Shown: positions 28,979 through 39,985, numbered from the stretch's first letter. The stretch is DNA of 46,295 nucleotides from Novosphingobium sp. (GCA_040509895.1 JBEVKC010000142.1:1-46295), one strand, 5' to 3'. Numbers and translations are program-made. Notes: a model not told the origin generated them from the letters alone.

Positions 28979-30364
28979 TTGATAGTGAAAACGCAGTTTC
29001 GCCATATCAAACGCAAGAGCCGGGCCGTGCTGGCGGTCGGCATATCCGCCGCACTTACCGCCTCGCTCGCCGGTGCGCAGGACACTGCGCCGCAGGCGCC
29101 CGCCTCGGATAGCCCGCAGGGACAGATCGTAATTCCGCAGAACATGCAGATGTTTGGCAAGAACGATCCCAACGTCCGCAAGGCAACGGCCGTCGTTAAT
29201 GGCGACATCATCACCGGCACCGACGTTGACCAGCGCCTGGCACTGATCCTCTCGTCAGCCGAAACCAAGCCCAGCGCAGAAGAAGTGCAGCGCCTTCGCA
29301 TGCAGGTGCTTCGCAACCTGATCGACGAAACGCTGCAGATCCAGGAAGCCAAGGCTGCCGAGATCGAGATTTCGGACGACGAGGTTGATCAGACCTATGC
29401 CCGTGTCGCCCAGCAGAACATGCGGGCGGCAGATCCGAAGGCGATGGACGCGTACCTGACGAAGATCGGATCATCATCCGCGTCGCTCAAGCGTCAGATC
29501 AGGGGCGAACTGTCCTGGCAGCGCCTGCTTCGCCGCAACGTGCAGCCGTTCATCAACGTCTCCGACGAAGAGGTGAAGGAAATGCTTGAGCGGCTGCAGG
29601 CCGCAAAGGGCACCGAAGAATATCGCATCGGCGAGATTTACCTGTCGTCGACCCCGGCAAACCAGCAGCAGGTCCATGACAATGCCCGTCGCATTGTCGA
29701 GCAACTGCGCCAGGGCGGCAGCTTCGTCGCCTATGCACGCCAGTACTCCGAGGCCTCGACCGCCGCGGTCGGCGGCGATTTGGGCTGGATCCGCCTTGCC
29801 CAGCTTCCGCCGGAACTTGGCAATGCTGCGCGTGAATTGCAGCCCGGCCAGCTTGTCGGCCCGATCGAGGTTCGCGGCGGCTTCTCGATCCTGTACCTGA
29901 TCGACAAGCGCCAGGTGCTTACCGCAGACCCTCGCGACGCAGTCCTGGCGCTCAAGCAGATTTCGATCAATTTCCCCAAGGGCGTCTCGCAAACTGAGGC
30001 TACAAAGCGCGCCAGCGACTTTGCAAATGCCATGAAGCAGGCACGTGGTTGCGGCGCTGTCGATGCCGTAGCGCAACAACTGGGCGCACAGGTTGTCGCA
30101 AACGACCAGGTTCGCGCCCGTGACCTGCCCGGACCGCTGCAGGAAGCCCTTCTCGGCCTCGCGGTTGGCGAAACTTCGCCGCCCTTCGGCTCGATCGAGG
30201 ATGGGGTGCGCGTGCTGATGCTGTGCGGCCGCGACGATCCGCAGTCGGCAGACGGTCCGAACTTCGACCAGCTCATGTCGCAGATGGAAGATGACCGGGT
30301 CAACAAGCGCGCACAGATGTATCTGCGCGACCTACGCCGTGACGCCATCATCGATTACAACTAG
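28979..30364 (+). CDS. surA: SurA-type periplasmic chaperone/peptidyl-prolyl isomerase
   Basis: AVVNGDIIT, LIDETLQIQEA, parvulin motif ARQYSE...GGDLGW, YLRDLRRDAII. lptD-surA-pdxA-rsmA synteny. Confidence 0.9.
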   Translation: MIVKTQFRHIKRKSRAVLAVGISAALTASLAGAQDTAPQAPASDSPQGQIVIPQNMQMFGKNDPNVRKATAVVNGDIITGTDVDQRLALILSSAETKPSAEEVQRLRMQVLRNLIDETLQIQEAKAAEIEISDDEVDQTYARVAQQNMRAADPKAMDAYLTKIGSSSASLKRQIRGELSWQRLLRRNVQPFINVSDEEVKEMLERLQAAKGTEEYRIGEIYLSSTPANQQQVHDNARRIVEQLRQGGSFVAYARQYSEASTAAVGGDLGWIRLAQLPPELGNAARELQPGQLVGPIEVRGGFSILYLIDKRQVLTADPRDAVLALKQISINFPKGVSQTEATKRASDFANAMKQARGCGAVDAVAQQLGAQVVANDQVRARDLPGPLQEALLGLAVGETSPPFGSIEDGVRVLMLCGRDDPQSADGPNFDQLMSQMEDDRVNKRAQMYLRDLRRDAIIDYN

Positions 30365-30378
30365 GGCCAGCCGCTAAA

Positions 30379-31377
30379 GTGCCGGCGCTCGCCGTCTCTC
30401 TCGGCGACCCCGCCGGCATCGGCCCGGAACTGCTGGCAGAGGCGTGGGCGCGGCGGATAGAGGAAGGTCTGCCGCCGTTCTTCGCTGTCGGCGGCGGCGT
30501 TGTGCTGAAGGCCGCAGCGACCTTGCGTGGACTGGACGTTCCGGTCCGGCGCATCTCGGATCCAGCAGAAGCGGCAACGGTATTTGCCGAGGCCTTGCCC
30601 GTGCTGGGGAATGCTGACGGAGACTACCGCCCCGGCGAACCGGATCGCGATGGCGCGACGCTAGCCCTGGCATCCTTACGTGAAGCATCACAGCTTGCGG
30701 TGGCAGGTGCTGCCACGGGTATCGTCACCGGCCCCATCGCCAAGTCCCGCCTTGCCGAGGTCGGCTTCACCCATCCCGGCCAGACGGAATTCGTCGCGGA
30801 GGCATGCGGCGTGGGACCGGACGATGCCGTGATGATGCTTGCTGGGCCCAATCTTCGCACCGTCCCACTGACGGTTCACACGGCGCTGGCCAAAGTACCC
30901 GGCCTGCTCACCATCGACCTCATCATTCGCAAGGCGAGAATTACCGCGGCAGCGCTGCAGCGCGACTTCGGGATTGCCTCCCCTCGCCTCGCCATCGCAG
31001 CGCTGAACCCCCATGCGGGAGAGGACGGCCGCATGGGTGACGAGGAAATCCGCATCATTGCCCCAGCCGTCGCCGCTTTGCGCGCGGAAGGCATCAACGC
31101 CACCGGCCCCCATCCCGCCGACGCACTCTTCGCGCCGCACGAGCGCGCGAATTACGACATCGCACTCTGCATGTACCACGATCAGGCGTTGATCCCGCTG
31201 AAGGCGCTGGACTTCGATCAGGGCGTCAACGCCACGCTGGGACTGCCGATCATCCGAACCTCGCCCGATCACGGCACCGCATTCGGCATCGCGGGAAAGC
31301 GCATTGCCCGACCCGGCGCCACCATTGCCGCCATCCGCATGGCGGGTGAATGTGCAGCGCGAAGGGTGCAGGCATGA
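30379..31377 (+). CDS. pdxA: 4-hydroxythreonine-4-phosphate dehydrogenase
   Basis: [31 protein letters not shown]. Confidence 0.97.
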   Translation: MPALAVSLGDPAGIGPELLAEAWARRIEEGLPPFFAVGGGVVLKAAATLRGLDVPVRRISDPAEAATVFAEALPVLGNADGDYRPGEPDRDGATLALASLREASQLAVAGAATGIVTGPIAKSRLAEVGFTHPGQTEFVAEACGVGPDDAVMMLAGPNLRTVPLTVHTALAKVPGLLTIDLIIRKARITAAALQRDFGIASPRLAIAALNPHAGEDGRMGDEEIRIIAPAVAALRAEGINATGPHPADALFAPHERANYDIALCMYHDQALIPLKALDFDQGVNATLGLPIIRTSPDHGTAFGIAGKRIARPGATIAAIRMAGECAARRVQA

Positions 31378-32195
31378 ACCTGCCTCCGCTGCGTGAAGTT
31401 ATCGCGCGTCATGGCCTGTTCGCCTCAAAGGCGCTCGGACAGAACTTCCTGTTCGACGAGCAGTTGCTTGATCGCATCGCCGCTATCCCCGGCAAACTGG
31501 AAGGCAGGCAGGTACTCGAGATCGGCCCCGGCCCCGGCGGGTTGACCCGCGCGCTTCTCCGCGCCGGTGCGCAGGTCACGGCCATCGAGATGGATCGGCG
31601 CTGCCTGCCCGCGCTGGCAGAGCTTGAAGAAGCATTTCCCGGCAAGCTGCGCGTCATCGAAGGCGATGCGCTGAAGATCGACCCGGCGACGCTGTTCGAC
31701 GGTTCCTACGCCATCATCGCCAACCTGCCCTACAACGTCGGCACCGCGCTCTTCACCAGCTGGCTGTCGGGGGAAACGTGGCCGCCGCAGTGGAACTCGA
31801 TGACCCTGATGTTCCAACAGGAAGTCGCCCAGCGCATCGTCGCGGCGCCGGACAATTCCGCCTATGGCCGCCTCGCCGTGCTGGCCCAGTGGCGTTCCAA
31901 GTCCAAGCTGGCGCTGAAAGTCCACCGCAGCGCCTTTACTCCGCCGCCCAAGGTGATGTCGGCCATCGTGCACGTGGTTCCAGCCGAAATGCCTGAAGGC
32001 GTTTCAGCCCGCATGTTGGAGCGAGTGACCGAGGCGGCCTTTGGCCAGCGCCGCAAGATGCTCCGCCAGAGCCTGAAAGGCTTGCCGGGTGCGCTGGACG
32101 CACTGGAACGACTTGGGATCGATGCCCAGCGCCGGGCCGAAACCCTGAGCGTGGAGGAATTCGTTTCGGTGGCCCGGGAACTGACGAAAGCCTGA
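31374..32195 (+). CDS. rsmA: 16S rRNA m6,2A dimethyltransferase
   Basis: [38 protein letters not shown]. Confidence 0.97.
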   Translation: MNLPPLREVIARHGLFASKALGQNFLFDEQLLDRIAAIPGKLEGRQVLEIGPGPGGLTRALLRAGAQVTAIEMDRRCLPALAELEEAFPGKLRVIEGDALKIDPATLFDGSYAIIANLPYNVGTALFTSWLSGETWPPQWNSMTLMFQQEVAQRIVAAPDNSAYGRLAVLAQWRSKSKLALKVHRSAFTPPPKVMSAIVHVVPAEMPEGVSARMLERVTEAAFGQRRKMLRQSLKGLPGALDALERLGIDAQRRAETLSVEEFVSVARELTKA

Positions 32196-32215
32196 TCCCG
32201 GTTGCCGACCGGCGA

Positions 32216-33757
32216 TCATTTACTGAGCGATTCAGTAGATGGAGCCGAAATGACCTCCGACATATTGGCGCCCCTCCATTCAGGCTCTGCCTTCAATTTT
32301 TCCAGCAACCTCATTGCGGCGCTGCTTAGCTGATCCGCGTGGGGGTTGTAGGCAACCGGTTCCAGAATAATCTGCGCCTCATCCTGACGTGCCAACTGAA
32401 TGAGGGCGGTGGCCAAAGTCATACGAAGGTCTAGATCGAACGGTGCCACCTCTACGGCCGTAATCAACCCGTCAATAGCAAGCGGAGGCGGCGCAACTCC
32501 CTGTTCTGCAAAGCTACGATAATAATAGATCAATGGGATAGGATGATCGTGTTCGCGCTGGTTCAGCGCAATGAACGGCGCTCGCGCCGCTTTGTAGGCA
32601 GCCGGCTTGGTTTCAGTGCCTTCAGCAATTCGGAATAGCGCGAATCCCTTTTGCACGTAGGCGTTCACCTGTCCCGGGTCGATTGCAAGCGCTGCATCGG
32701 CAGCCGCGATCGCCTCGTTGTCGTTTCCGGCATCGAAATCCGCTTCGGCCAACGCTGATTGGACATCTGCATCGCCGGGGTAACTCGCCGCAATCCTGCG
32801 TGCATCGACAAGCAGAGCTTTCGCCTGCTCTTCATTGACGCCGCGACTGGAACGAATGCGGACTGGCATGATGGCAGCTTCGCCATCGCGCAGACGCCGG
32901 ATCGCAATGTTTCCAGTCTTCAGCATCGAAGATGGCAGACTGAATGCATTTATTCGCGACTTGCGAAGATAGGCATCAAGGTCTCGTTCAAGTTTGGCAA
33001 AGTCACCGAAGGCCTGGATCGCAGCATCGCGCTGGCGGGTGCCATTCTTCAACAGGCTGATATAGAGTGCCAATTGCCCTTTGCGGGCCTCTTCAAACGT
33101 CAGGTAATGATAGAGCAGCCAGCTTTTGCCGTAGAAGGCATCGTACATTTTGGTGCGGCGCGCGTTATACAAATCCGGATCGAGAAGCTCTTCCGCCTTC
33201 ACGTCGCGGGCGTAGAACAATTCATCGGCGCGGTGCCTTGCGGGACGACCAAGCGATACGCCGCCGTCTGAGCCAAATCCGCTTGATGAGAAGAATTCCG
33301 CACCGCCTTCCGAAAGCCAACGCGGCATCGGAAAATTGCTGCCACCTATCATGAAGTGGTGAGCATATTCATGAAGCAGGACAACCATTGAATAGTCGGC
33401 GACGCCATTCTTCGAATTGACCCGAGGGACAATTGCGAGAGACCGTCCGGCCCTTGGCAAATAGAACCCTCCGATATTGGCGCTGCCGTCGCCGTAAAGT
33501 TGACGAACCATCGCCTCGTTGCGAACGACGAAAACGGTGACGCGATTGGATGGGCTGGGAGGTTTTGATTTGAACTTGGTGACGACCTCCATCGCCGAAT
33601 GGAACCGCTCCAACTGCTCGCAAAAGAGTCGCAGATCGCTTTCGGAATCGTCTGCATAGATCACGAAATGCGCGCTGGATGCCTCCATCCACGCCGCGCG
33701 AGCGGCTTCGGGCCGCAGCAACACAACCAATGCACAAAACACTGCAACAAAACGCAT
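32216..33757 (-). CDS. Exported DUF1570-like gluzincin metallopeptidase domain plus TPR-like helical C-terminus
   Basis: Signal peptide, W.EASS.HF start, LLHEYAHH plus PRWLSEG.AEF (HExxH+E), Ala-rich helical repeats. Confidence 0.75.
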   Translation of the reverse strand: MRFVAVFCALVVLLRPEAARAAWMEASSAHFVIYADDSESDLRLFCEQLERFHSAMEVVTKFKSKPPSPSNRVTVFVVRNEAMVRQLYGDGSANIGGFYLPRAGRSLAIVPRVNSKNGVADYSMVVLLHEYAHHFMIGGSNFPMPRWLSEGGAEFFSSSGFGSDGGVSLGRPARHRADELFYARDVKAEELLDPDLYNARRTKMYDAFYGKSWLLYHYLTFEEARKGQLALYISLLKNGTRQRDAAIQAFGDFAKLERDLDAYLRKSRINAFSLPSSMLKTGNIAIRRLRDGEAAIMPVRIRSSRGVNEEQAKALLVDARRIAASYPGDADVQSALAEADFDAGNDNEAIAAADAALAIDPGQVNAYVQKGFALFRIAEGTETKPAAYKAARAPFIALNQREHDHPIPLIYYYRSFAEQGVAPPPLAIDGLITAVEVAPFDLDLRMTLATALIQLARQDEAQIILEPVAYNPHADQLSSAAMRLLEKLKAEPEWRGANMSEVISAPSTESLSK

Positions 33758-33828
33758 CTAGCCCCACCCCTTTGTCGCGTCTCCTATGGGGGGAACCCGT
33801 TACCGACAAGTTGAAATTGGCGGGTAAA

Positions 33829-34104
33829 TCAGACTGTGGGCCGTCGCCCAAAACCATCCAGCGGCTCAACCTCCGTGGCTCGCACGTCCACTTTGGCAAC
33901 CTGTGACGCAGGCGAACCTTCGTGCAAGCGCTCGATTAGTTTCTCGACCGATTCCGGCTGCCCCATTGCCAGCACTTCGACGCTGCCATCAAGCCGGTTG
34001 CGCACCCAGCCGGAGAGGCCGCGCGCATTGGCCTCCAATATCGTCCAGTCGCGGAACCAGACGCCCTGGACCTTGCCCGAAACACGGATGAGGCGCGCAA
34101 TCAT
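33829..34104 (-). CDS. acyP: Acylphosphatase
   Basis: VSGKVQGVWFR and GWVRNRLDGSVE signatures. Confidence 0.94.
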   Translation of the reverse strand: MIARLIRVSGKVQGVWFRDWTILEANARGLSGWVRNRLDGSVEVLAMGQPESVEKLIERLHEGSPASQVAKVDVRATEVEPLDGFGRRPTV

Positions 34105-34116
34105 GGGTGGAACATA

Positions 34117-34147
34117 AAACTCCTCCCCGAGATTGTCTCGGGGAGGA
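34117..34147 (-). terminator. Intrinsic terminator after glcB
   Basis: 12-bp perfect stem TCCTCCCCGAGA/TCTCGGGGAGGA (34121-34147) followed by GTTTT on the minus strand. Confidence 0.8.
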
Positions 34148-34156
34148 TTGGAGGAC

Positions 34157-36274
34157 TCAGGCAGCCGCCGCCTTCTTTTTCAGGCGCCATGCGTGCAGCA
34201 GCGGTTCGGTATAGCCGTTGGGCTGTTCCACGCCCTTGAACACAAGGTCGCAGGCCGCCTTGAAGGCCATGCTGCTCTCCCAGTTGCCCGTCATCGGCTC
34301 ATAGAACGGATCGCCAGCATTCTGGGCATCGACTTTCGCTGCCATGCGCTGGAGAGAGTTCATGACCTGCTCCTTGGTGCAGACCCCGTGCAGCAGCCAG
34401 TTGGCCATGTGCTGCGATGAAATGCGCAGCGTCGCGCGGTCTTCCATCAGGCCAACGTCGTTGATGTCGGGCACCTTGGAGCAGCCGACCCCCTGGTCAA
34501 TCCAGCGCACGACATAGCCGAGCAAGCCCTGCGCGTTGTTGTCCAGTTCTTCGCGGACTTCCTCTTCGGAGAAGTTCGCGCCCAGCGCCAGCGGGATGGT
34601 AAGCAGGTCATCAAGGCCCGGAACCGGCTGGCCGGCAAGCTCCTGCTGTACGTCGAACACGGCAATGTCGTGATAGTGCATGGCGTGGAGCGTTGCGGCG
34701 GTGGGCGAAGGCACCCAAGCGGTGTTTGCCCCGGCGCGCGGATGGACGGTCTTTTCCGCCATCATCGCAGCCATCCGGTCAGGCGCAGCCCACATGCCCT
34801 TGCCGATCTGCGCGCGTCCCGAAAGCCCGTGCTTCAGGCCAATGGCGACGTTACGCTTTTCATAGCAGGCGATCCACGCCGAGCCCTTGATGGCGTTCTT
34901 GCGGATCATTGGTCCGGCACGCATCGAGGTGTGAATTTCGTCGCCGGTACGGTCGAGGAAGCCGGTGTTGATGAAGACGATACGGTCCTTCACCGCGTGG
35001 ATGCAGGCGCCAAGATTGACCGAAGTGCGCCGCTCCTCATCCATCACGCCCACCTTGATCGTATGACGCGCAAGGCCGAGCAGGTCTTCCACCGCATCGA
35101 ACAGGGCGTTGGTGAAACCGGCTTCTTCCGGCCCGTGCATCTTCGGCTTGACGATATAGATGCTGCCGGTGCGCGAATTGCGCAGCTTGCCAAGGGAGCC
35201 CACATCATGCGCACCGATGGCGCTGGTGATGACGGCATCCATGATGCCCTCGGGGATCTCGCTGCCATCGGCCAGCAGGATCGCCGGATTGGTCATCAAG
35301 TGGCCGACGTTGCGCACGAACAGCAGGCTGCGGCCAGACAGGGCGAAAGGCGCGCCATCGGGCGAAGTCCACTCACGATCCGGCGAAAGCGCACGGGTCA
35401 TGGTCTGGCCGCCCTTGTCGAAGGTGTCGGTCAGGTCACCGCGGATCACGCCGAGCCAATTCGCATAAGCCTTCAGCTTGTCCTCGGCATCGACAGCTGC
35501 AACCGAATCCTCAAGGTCGACGATGGTCGTTAGCGCGGATTCGAGGATGATGTCGGCGATGCCTGCCGGATCGGTCTTGCCGACGGGGTGCTCGCGGTCA
35601 AACACGACTTCGATGTGCAGGCCATTGTTCTGAAACAGGCGACGCTTGCCACCGTCCAGTACGCCGACGATTTGGCCCGGATTCTCAAGCTCGATCTCGA
35701 CCGGATCGGACAAGTTGATCCAGCTTCCGCTCGCCAGCGGCACGGTCTTGTCGAGGAAGGCTTTCGCCGCAGAGATCACCGCAGCGCCGCGCACTTCGTC
35801 ATAGCCACCCGGACGGGCCGCCGGAGCATCAAGCGCGTCGGTGCCGTAGAATGCATCGTAGAGGCTACCCCACCGCGCATTGGCGGCGTTCAGCAGGAAA
35901 CGCGCGTTCAGCACGGGCACAACGAGCTGCGGCCCAGCCATGGTGGCGATCTCTGCATCGACGTTGGTTGTGGTGACGGCGAAATCGCCCGGCTCGGGCA
36001 CTAGATAACCGATGCTGGACAGGAACGCGCGGTATTCGGCGGCATCGATCGGCTTGCCAGCGCGTTCAACGTGCCATGCATCGATCTGGGCCTGAAAGTC
36101 ATCGCGCTTGGCGAGGAGGGCACGATTCTTCGGGGCGAAGTCTGCAAGCAGCGCGGCAAAACCCTGCCAGAAGGCGCCAGCATCCTTGCCGAGCGGAGCA
36201 AGCACTTCGCTTTCCACGAAAGCGGCCAGCGCCGCATCAACCTTCAAACCGGAACGTTCAACCCTGTCTGCCAT
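34157..36274 (-). CDS. glcB: Malate synthase G
   Basis: [56 protein letters not shown]. Confidence 0.97.
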   Translation of the reverse strand: MADRVERSGLKVDAALAAFVESEVLAPLGKDAGAFWQGFAALLADFAPKNRALLAKRDDFQAQIDAWHVERAGKPIDAAEYRAFLSSIGYLVPEPGDFAVTTTNVDAEIATMAGPQLVVPVLNARFLLNAANARWGSLYDAFYGTDALDAPAARPGGYDEVRGAAVISAAKAFLDKTVPLASGSWINLSDPVEIELENPGQIVGVLDGGKRRLFQNNGLHIEVVFDREHPVGKTDPAGIADIILESALTTIVDLEDSVAAVDAEDKLKAYANWLGVIRGDLTDTFDKGGQTMTRALSPDREWTSPDGAPFALSGRSLLFVRNVGHLMTNPAILLADGSEIPEGIMDAVITSAIGAHDVGSLGKLRNSRTGSIYIVKPKMHGPEEAGFTNALFDAVEDLLGLARHTIKVGVMDEERRTSVNLGACIHAVKDRIVFINTGFLDRTGDEIHTSMRAGPMIRKNAIKGSAWIACYEKRNVAIGLKHGLSGRAQIGKGMWAAPDRMAAMMAEKTVHPRAGANTAWVPSPTAATLHAMHYHDIAVFDVQQELAGQPVPGLDDLLTIPLALGANFSEEEVREELDNNAQGLLGYVVRWIDQGVGCSKVPDINDVGLMEDRATLRISSQHMANWLLHGVCTKEQVMNSLQRMAAKVDAQNAGDPFYEPMTGNWESSMAFKAACDLVFKGVEQPNGYTEPLLHAWRLKKKAAAA

Positions 36275-36489
36275 TTCGCCTCGCCATGCGTTGCGCCGCC
36301 GACGCTGATCGCGCGGCGGCAATTTCGTCCAATAATCCCCGGGGAGGAACGGCTGCGCCTATGGCCCATGCCACGCCGCTTGGCAACGCCGGGGTTGTGG
36401 GTGTTGGGGTTTAACGGTTAAGCTGGTTTCACAAGCAACAGCTTTCCGCGGCCGAATCCGCTCTGTTAGAGCCGGTTGACCTCGCCACT

Positions 36490-37644
36490 ATGCTGGCGCG
36501 GGTGGAAAAATGGAGCGCGATCAATACCGGCACCGCCAACCTGACCGGACTGGCCCAGCAGGCGGATCTTATGGCAGAGGCTTTCTCTGCGCTCCCCGGC
36601 GACATTGAACTGGTGGCCCCCGCCCCCGTTTCCGCTGTCGGAACAGACGGTGTCGAGCGGGAAATTCTTCACGGCCAGCATCTGGTCCTGCGGGTTCGGC
36701 CCGACGCCCCGCGGCGCTTCCTGCTCACCGGGCACATGGACACGGTCTATGCGGCAGATCACCCGTTCCAATCGCTGCGCTGGTTGGACGGCGAAACCCT
36801 GAACGGCCCCGGGACCGCCGACATGAAAGGCGGAATCGCAGTGATCCTTGCGGCACTGGCTGTCTTTGAAGGGAGCCAGGCGTCCAAAGCGGTCGGCTAT
36901 GACGTCCTCGTCAATTCCGACGAGGAAACCGGCAGCCTTTCCTCCGCATCTCTGATCGCCCGGCTGGCGCAAGGGAAGTTCGCGGCCCTAACCTATGAGC
37001 CCAGCGCCCTGCCCGACGGAACTCTCGCCGGGGCACGGGGAGGCAGCGGCAACTACAGCCTCACCGTGAAAGGCCGCTCGGCCCATGCTGGCCGGAACCC
37101 CAAGGATGGCCGCAATGCGCTGGTGGCGGCCGCTATCTTGGCGGTGGAACTCAAGGCACTTGAGCGCGAGGGTCTGAGCGTCAATCCCGCCCGGATAGAC
37201 GGAGGAAGCGCCAACAATGTCGTGCCCGAACTTGCGATATTGCGCTTCAACATTCGACCACGGGACATCGAAGCATCAGAGTCATTTCAACGTGATCTAA
37301 ATGCCTTGATAGAGCATATATCGAAACAACATGAGGTTTCAATTCACATCCACGGCGGCATAACCCGTCCGCCCAAGCCGCTGGACGCCCATGCCGAACG
37401 CCTCTTCAACCTGGTGCGGGATTGCGGCGCGGCATTAGGGCAATCGATCCGCTGGCAGTCATCGGGCGGCGTCTGCGATGGCAATAACATAGCTGCCTGC
37501 GGGGTGCCCGTCGTCGATACGATGGGCGTGCGTGGCGGCGCCATCCACTCGCCTGACGAGTACCTGATCGTTCCTTCATTGGCAGAACGCGCGGCCCTGT
37601 CTGCCCTTGTCCTTCACCGTCTCGCGACAGGAGATACCTTGTGA
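36490..37644 (+). CDS. M20/M25/M40 family metallo-hydrolase (desuccinylase/carboxypeptidase-like)
   Basis: GHMDTV, GPGTADMKGG, SDEE, GRSAHAG, GGVCDGN, IHSPDE. GTGA overlap with astA. True start may lie upstream (see findings). Confidence 0.88.
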   Translation: MLARVEKWSAINTGTANLTGLAQQADLMAEAFSALPGDIELVAPAPVSAVGTDGVEREILHGQHLVLRVRPDAPRRFLLTGHMDTVYAADHPFQSLRWLDGETLNGPGTADMKGGIAVILAALAVFEGSQASKAVGYDVLVNSDEETGSLSSASLIARLAQGKFAALTYEPSALPDGTLAGARGGSGNYSLTVKGRSAHAGRNPKDGRNALVAAAILAVELKALEREGLSVNPARIDGGSANNVVPELAILRFNIRPRDIEASESFQRDLNALIEHISKQHEVSIHIHGGITRPPKPLDAHAERLFNLVRDCGAALGQSIRWQSSGGVCDGNNIAACGVPVVDTMGVRGGAIHSPDEYLIVPSLAERAALSALVLHRLATGDTL

Positions 37645-38654
37645 GCTTCCGCATCCGTGCCGCCACCGCAAAGGACGCGCAGCCACTCTATGAAATGGCG
37701 AAGCTTACTGGCGGCGGCTTCACCAACCTGCCGCCCGATCGCAAGGCCATAGCGCGCAAGCTGGAACGCTCGGCGAAGGCATACGGCCGCACGGACGAAG
37801 GCCTGCTTGACGAACTCTTTGTGATCGTGCTGGAAAATGCCGACACCGGGGAGGTGCGCGGCACCGCGCAAATGTTCACCTGCGTTGGGCAGACTTGGCC
37901 CTTCTATTCCTATCGCCTGGCAAGCCTGACCCAGCATTCCGAAGAATTAGGCCGTACTTTCAAGGCTGAACTACTAAATCTTGTGACTGATCTTGAAGGT
38001 TCAAGCGAGGTCGGCGGACTTTTCCTTCATCCGACCGAGCGGGCCGGAGGGCTTGGCCTACTGCTTGCACGAAGTCGCTATCTTTTCATCGCCATGCACC
38101 GTGCCCGCTTCGCGGACCGAATTCTGGCGGAACTGCGCGGTATTATCGACGAGCGCGGCGGATCGCCATTCTGGGACGGTGTTGCCGGGCGCTTTTTCGG
38201 GATGAGTTTCCAGGAAGCCGACTACTTCAACGCCATCAACGGCAATCAGTTCATCGCCGACTTGATGCCCAAGCACCCGGTCTATGTCGCCATGCTTTCG
38301 GAGAGTGCGCGCAGCGTCATTGGCCTGCCCCACCCTTCCGGTCGAGCGGCGATGCGTATGCTTGAGGAGGAAGGCTTCCACTATGAAAATTACATCGACA
38401 TCTTCGACGGCGGGCCAACCATGACGGCACGAACTGACCGGGTTCGCACCGTTGCCGAAGCGCGAGGGACCATCGTTACGGCGACCAACGCCGAATGCGG
38501 AGGCAATACGCTGATCGCCACCGGCAAGCTGGGGGACTTTCGCTGCTGCTTCGGCACGGTGAGCCAGGCAGGGAGCGGCGTTTCCATCGATCCTGCGACC
38601 GCGAAAATACTGGGCGTCACTCAGGGCGACAGCATATGGAGCGCGGCGCGCTGA
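37641..38654 (+). CDS. astA: Arginine N-succinyltransferase
   Basis: GFTNLP, GGLFL, LLARSRYLFI, AELRG...SPFW, FIADLMP, DIFDGGP. Confidence 0.93.
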   Translation: MSFRIRAATAKDAQPLYEMAKLTGGGFTNLPPDRKAIARKLERSAKAYGRTDEGLLDELFVIVLENADTGEVRGTAQMFTCVGQTWPFYSYRLASLTQHSEELGRTFKAELLNLVTDLEGSSEVGGLFLHPTERAGGLGLLLARSRYLFIAMHRARFADRILAELRGIIDERGGSPFWDGVAGRFFGMSFQEADYFNAINGNQFIADLMPKHPVYVAMLSESARSVIGLPHPSGRAAMRMLEEEGFHYENYIDIFDGGPTMTARTDRVRTVAEARGTIVTATNAECGGNTLIATGKLGDFRCCFGTVSQAGSGVSIDPATAKILGVTQGDSIWSAAR

Positions 38655-39904
38655 TGGCCCTGCAGGAGATCAACTTCGACGGGATCGTCGGCCCCAGCCA
38701 CAATTACGCCGGCCTCAGCCTCGGCAACCTTGCCGCGACGGCCCATGCGGGCGACGTTTCGACGCCCCGTGCAGCGGCGCTGCAGGGCCTCGCCAAGATG
38801 CGGCACAACATGGCCTTGGGCCTGAAGCAAGGCATCCTGCTGCCGCTTCCCAGGCCGAATGGCGCATTCCTGCAGGGTCTTGCCGTCGATCAGACCGCCG
38901 ATCCCCGCCTGACCGCGGCGGCATGGTCTGCATCGTCAATGTGGGCTGCCAATGCCGCTACCATATCGCCCGCGCCCGACACCGCCGATGGTCGCTGCCA
39001 CATCACGCCGGCGAACCTCGTCACCATGGCCCACCGTGCGCAGGAATGGCCCGACACGTCCCGCCAACTGGCGCTGGCATTCGCCGATGATCGGCATTTC
39101 ACACTCCACGATCCGATCCTTCCGAGCTTCGGCGACGAGGGCGCTGCAAACCACATGCGCCTGTGTTCTGCCCATGGCGCGAATGGCCTGGAAATCTTCG
39201 TCTATGGTCGCAGCGGCGGCGCATTCCCTGCCCGTCAGCACGAGCAGGCCAGCAGGGCTGTCGCACGCCTGCATGGATTGGCGCCTGGTCGAGTGCTTTT
39301 CGTGGAGCAGAACCCCGACGCCATTGCTGCGGGCGCATTCCACAACGACGTCGTGGCCGTGGCGAATGAGAACGTTCTGCTTATCCACGAACTGGCCCTT
39401 GTGCGGCCGGACGAGGCCTACGCCGCAATTCGCGAACGGCAACCGGATGTAGAAATCATTGTCGTGCCCGACAGCGAAGTGCCGCTTGCCGAGGCTGTGC
39501 GCTCCTACCTTTTCAATGCCCAGTTGGTGACACTGCCAGACGGCGGCATGGCCCTGATCGTTCCGACCGAAGCGTCCGCCAGCGTGCAAGTGCAGGCATG
39601 GACCACGCGAATGCTCGCCAGTAATGGCCCCATTCGCAGGGTACTGCCGGTCGATGTCCGTCAGTCGATGGCTAACGGGGGTGGCCCCGCGTGTCTTCGC
39701 CTCCGCGTGGTGGCCGATCCCGAAAATATCGACCCACGGTTCATGCTGGACGAAGCTCGATTGGAGGTCATCGAACTGGAAATATCCCGACACTGGCCGG
39801 AATCCGTCAATTCCAGCGATCTGGGAAATAAAACCTTGGCGCAACAATGCCTTGCCGCCCGTACCCATCTGCTGACTGCGTTGGACCTAGCCCAGCTTAT
39901 CTGA
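38654..39904 (+). CDS. astB: N-succinylarginine dihydrolase
   Basis: EINFDGIVGPSHNYAGLSLGN, SASSMW, GDEGAANH, FHNDVV, SMANGGGPACLRLRV. TGATG coupling. Confidence 0.95.
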   Translation: MALQEINFDGIVGPSHNYAGLSLGNLAATAHAGDVSTPRAAALQGLAKMRHNMALGLKQGILLPLPRPNGAFLQGLAVDQTADPRLTAAAWSASSMWAANAATISPAPDTADGRCHITPANLVTMAHRAQEWPDTSRQLALAFADDRHFTLHDPILPSFGDEGAANHMRLCSAHGANGLEIFVYGRSGGAFPARQHEQASRAVARLHGLAPGRVLFVEQNPDAIAAGAFHNDVVAVANENVLLIHELALVRPDEAYAAIRERQPDVEIIVVPDSEVPLAEAVRSYLFNAQLVTLPDGGMALIVPTEASASVQVQAWTTRMLASNGPIRRVLPVDVRQSMANGGGPACLRLRVVADPENIDPRFMLDEARLEVIELEISRHWPESVNSSDLGNKTLAQQCLAARTHLLTALDLAQLI

Positions 39905-39969
39905 TTAACGCGTCGCAAAAACTTACAGTTAACAATCAGCTAACGCACCTAGCCACGGAAACCCGAGAG

Positions 39970-39985
39970 TGGCATAAACGTTGCT
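39970..39985 (+). promoter_or_regulatory. Sigma-54 (-24/-12) promoter
   Basis: TGGCAT-AAACG-TTGCT matches the TGGCAC-N5-TTGCW consensus with exact GG-N10-GC spacing, 29 nt before the ATG at 40015. Confidence 0.75.
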
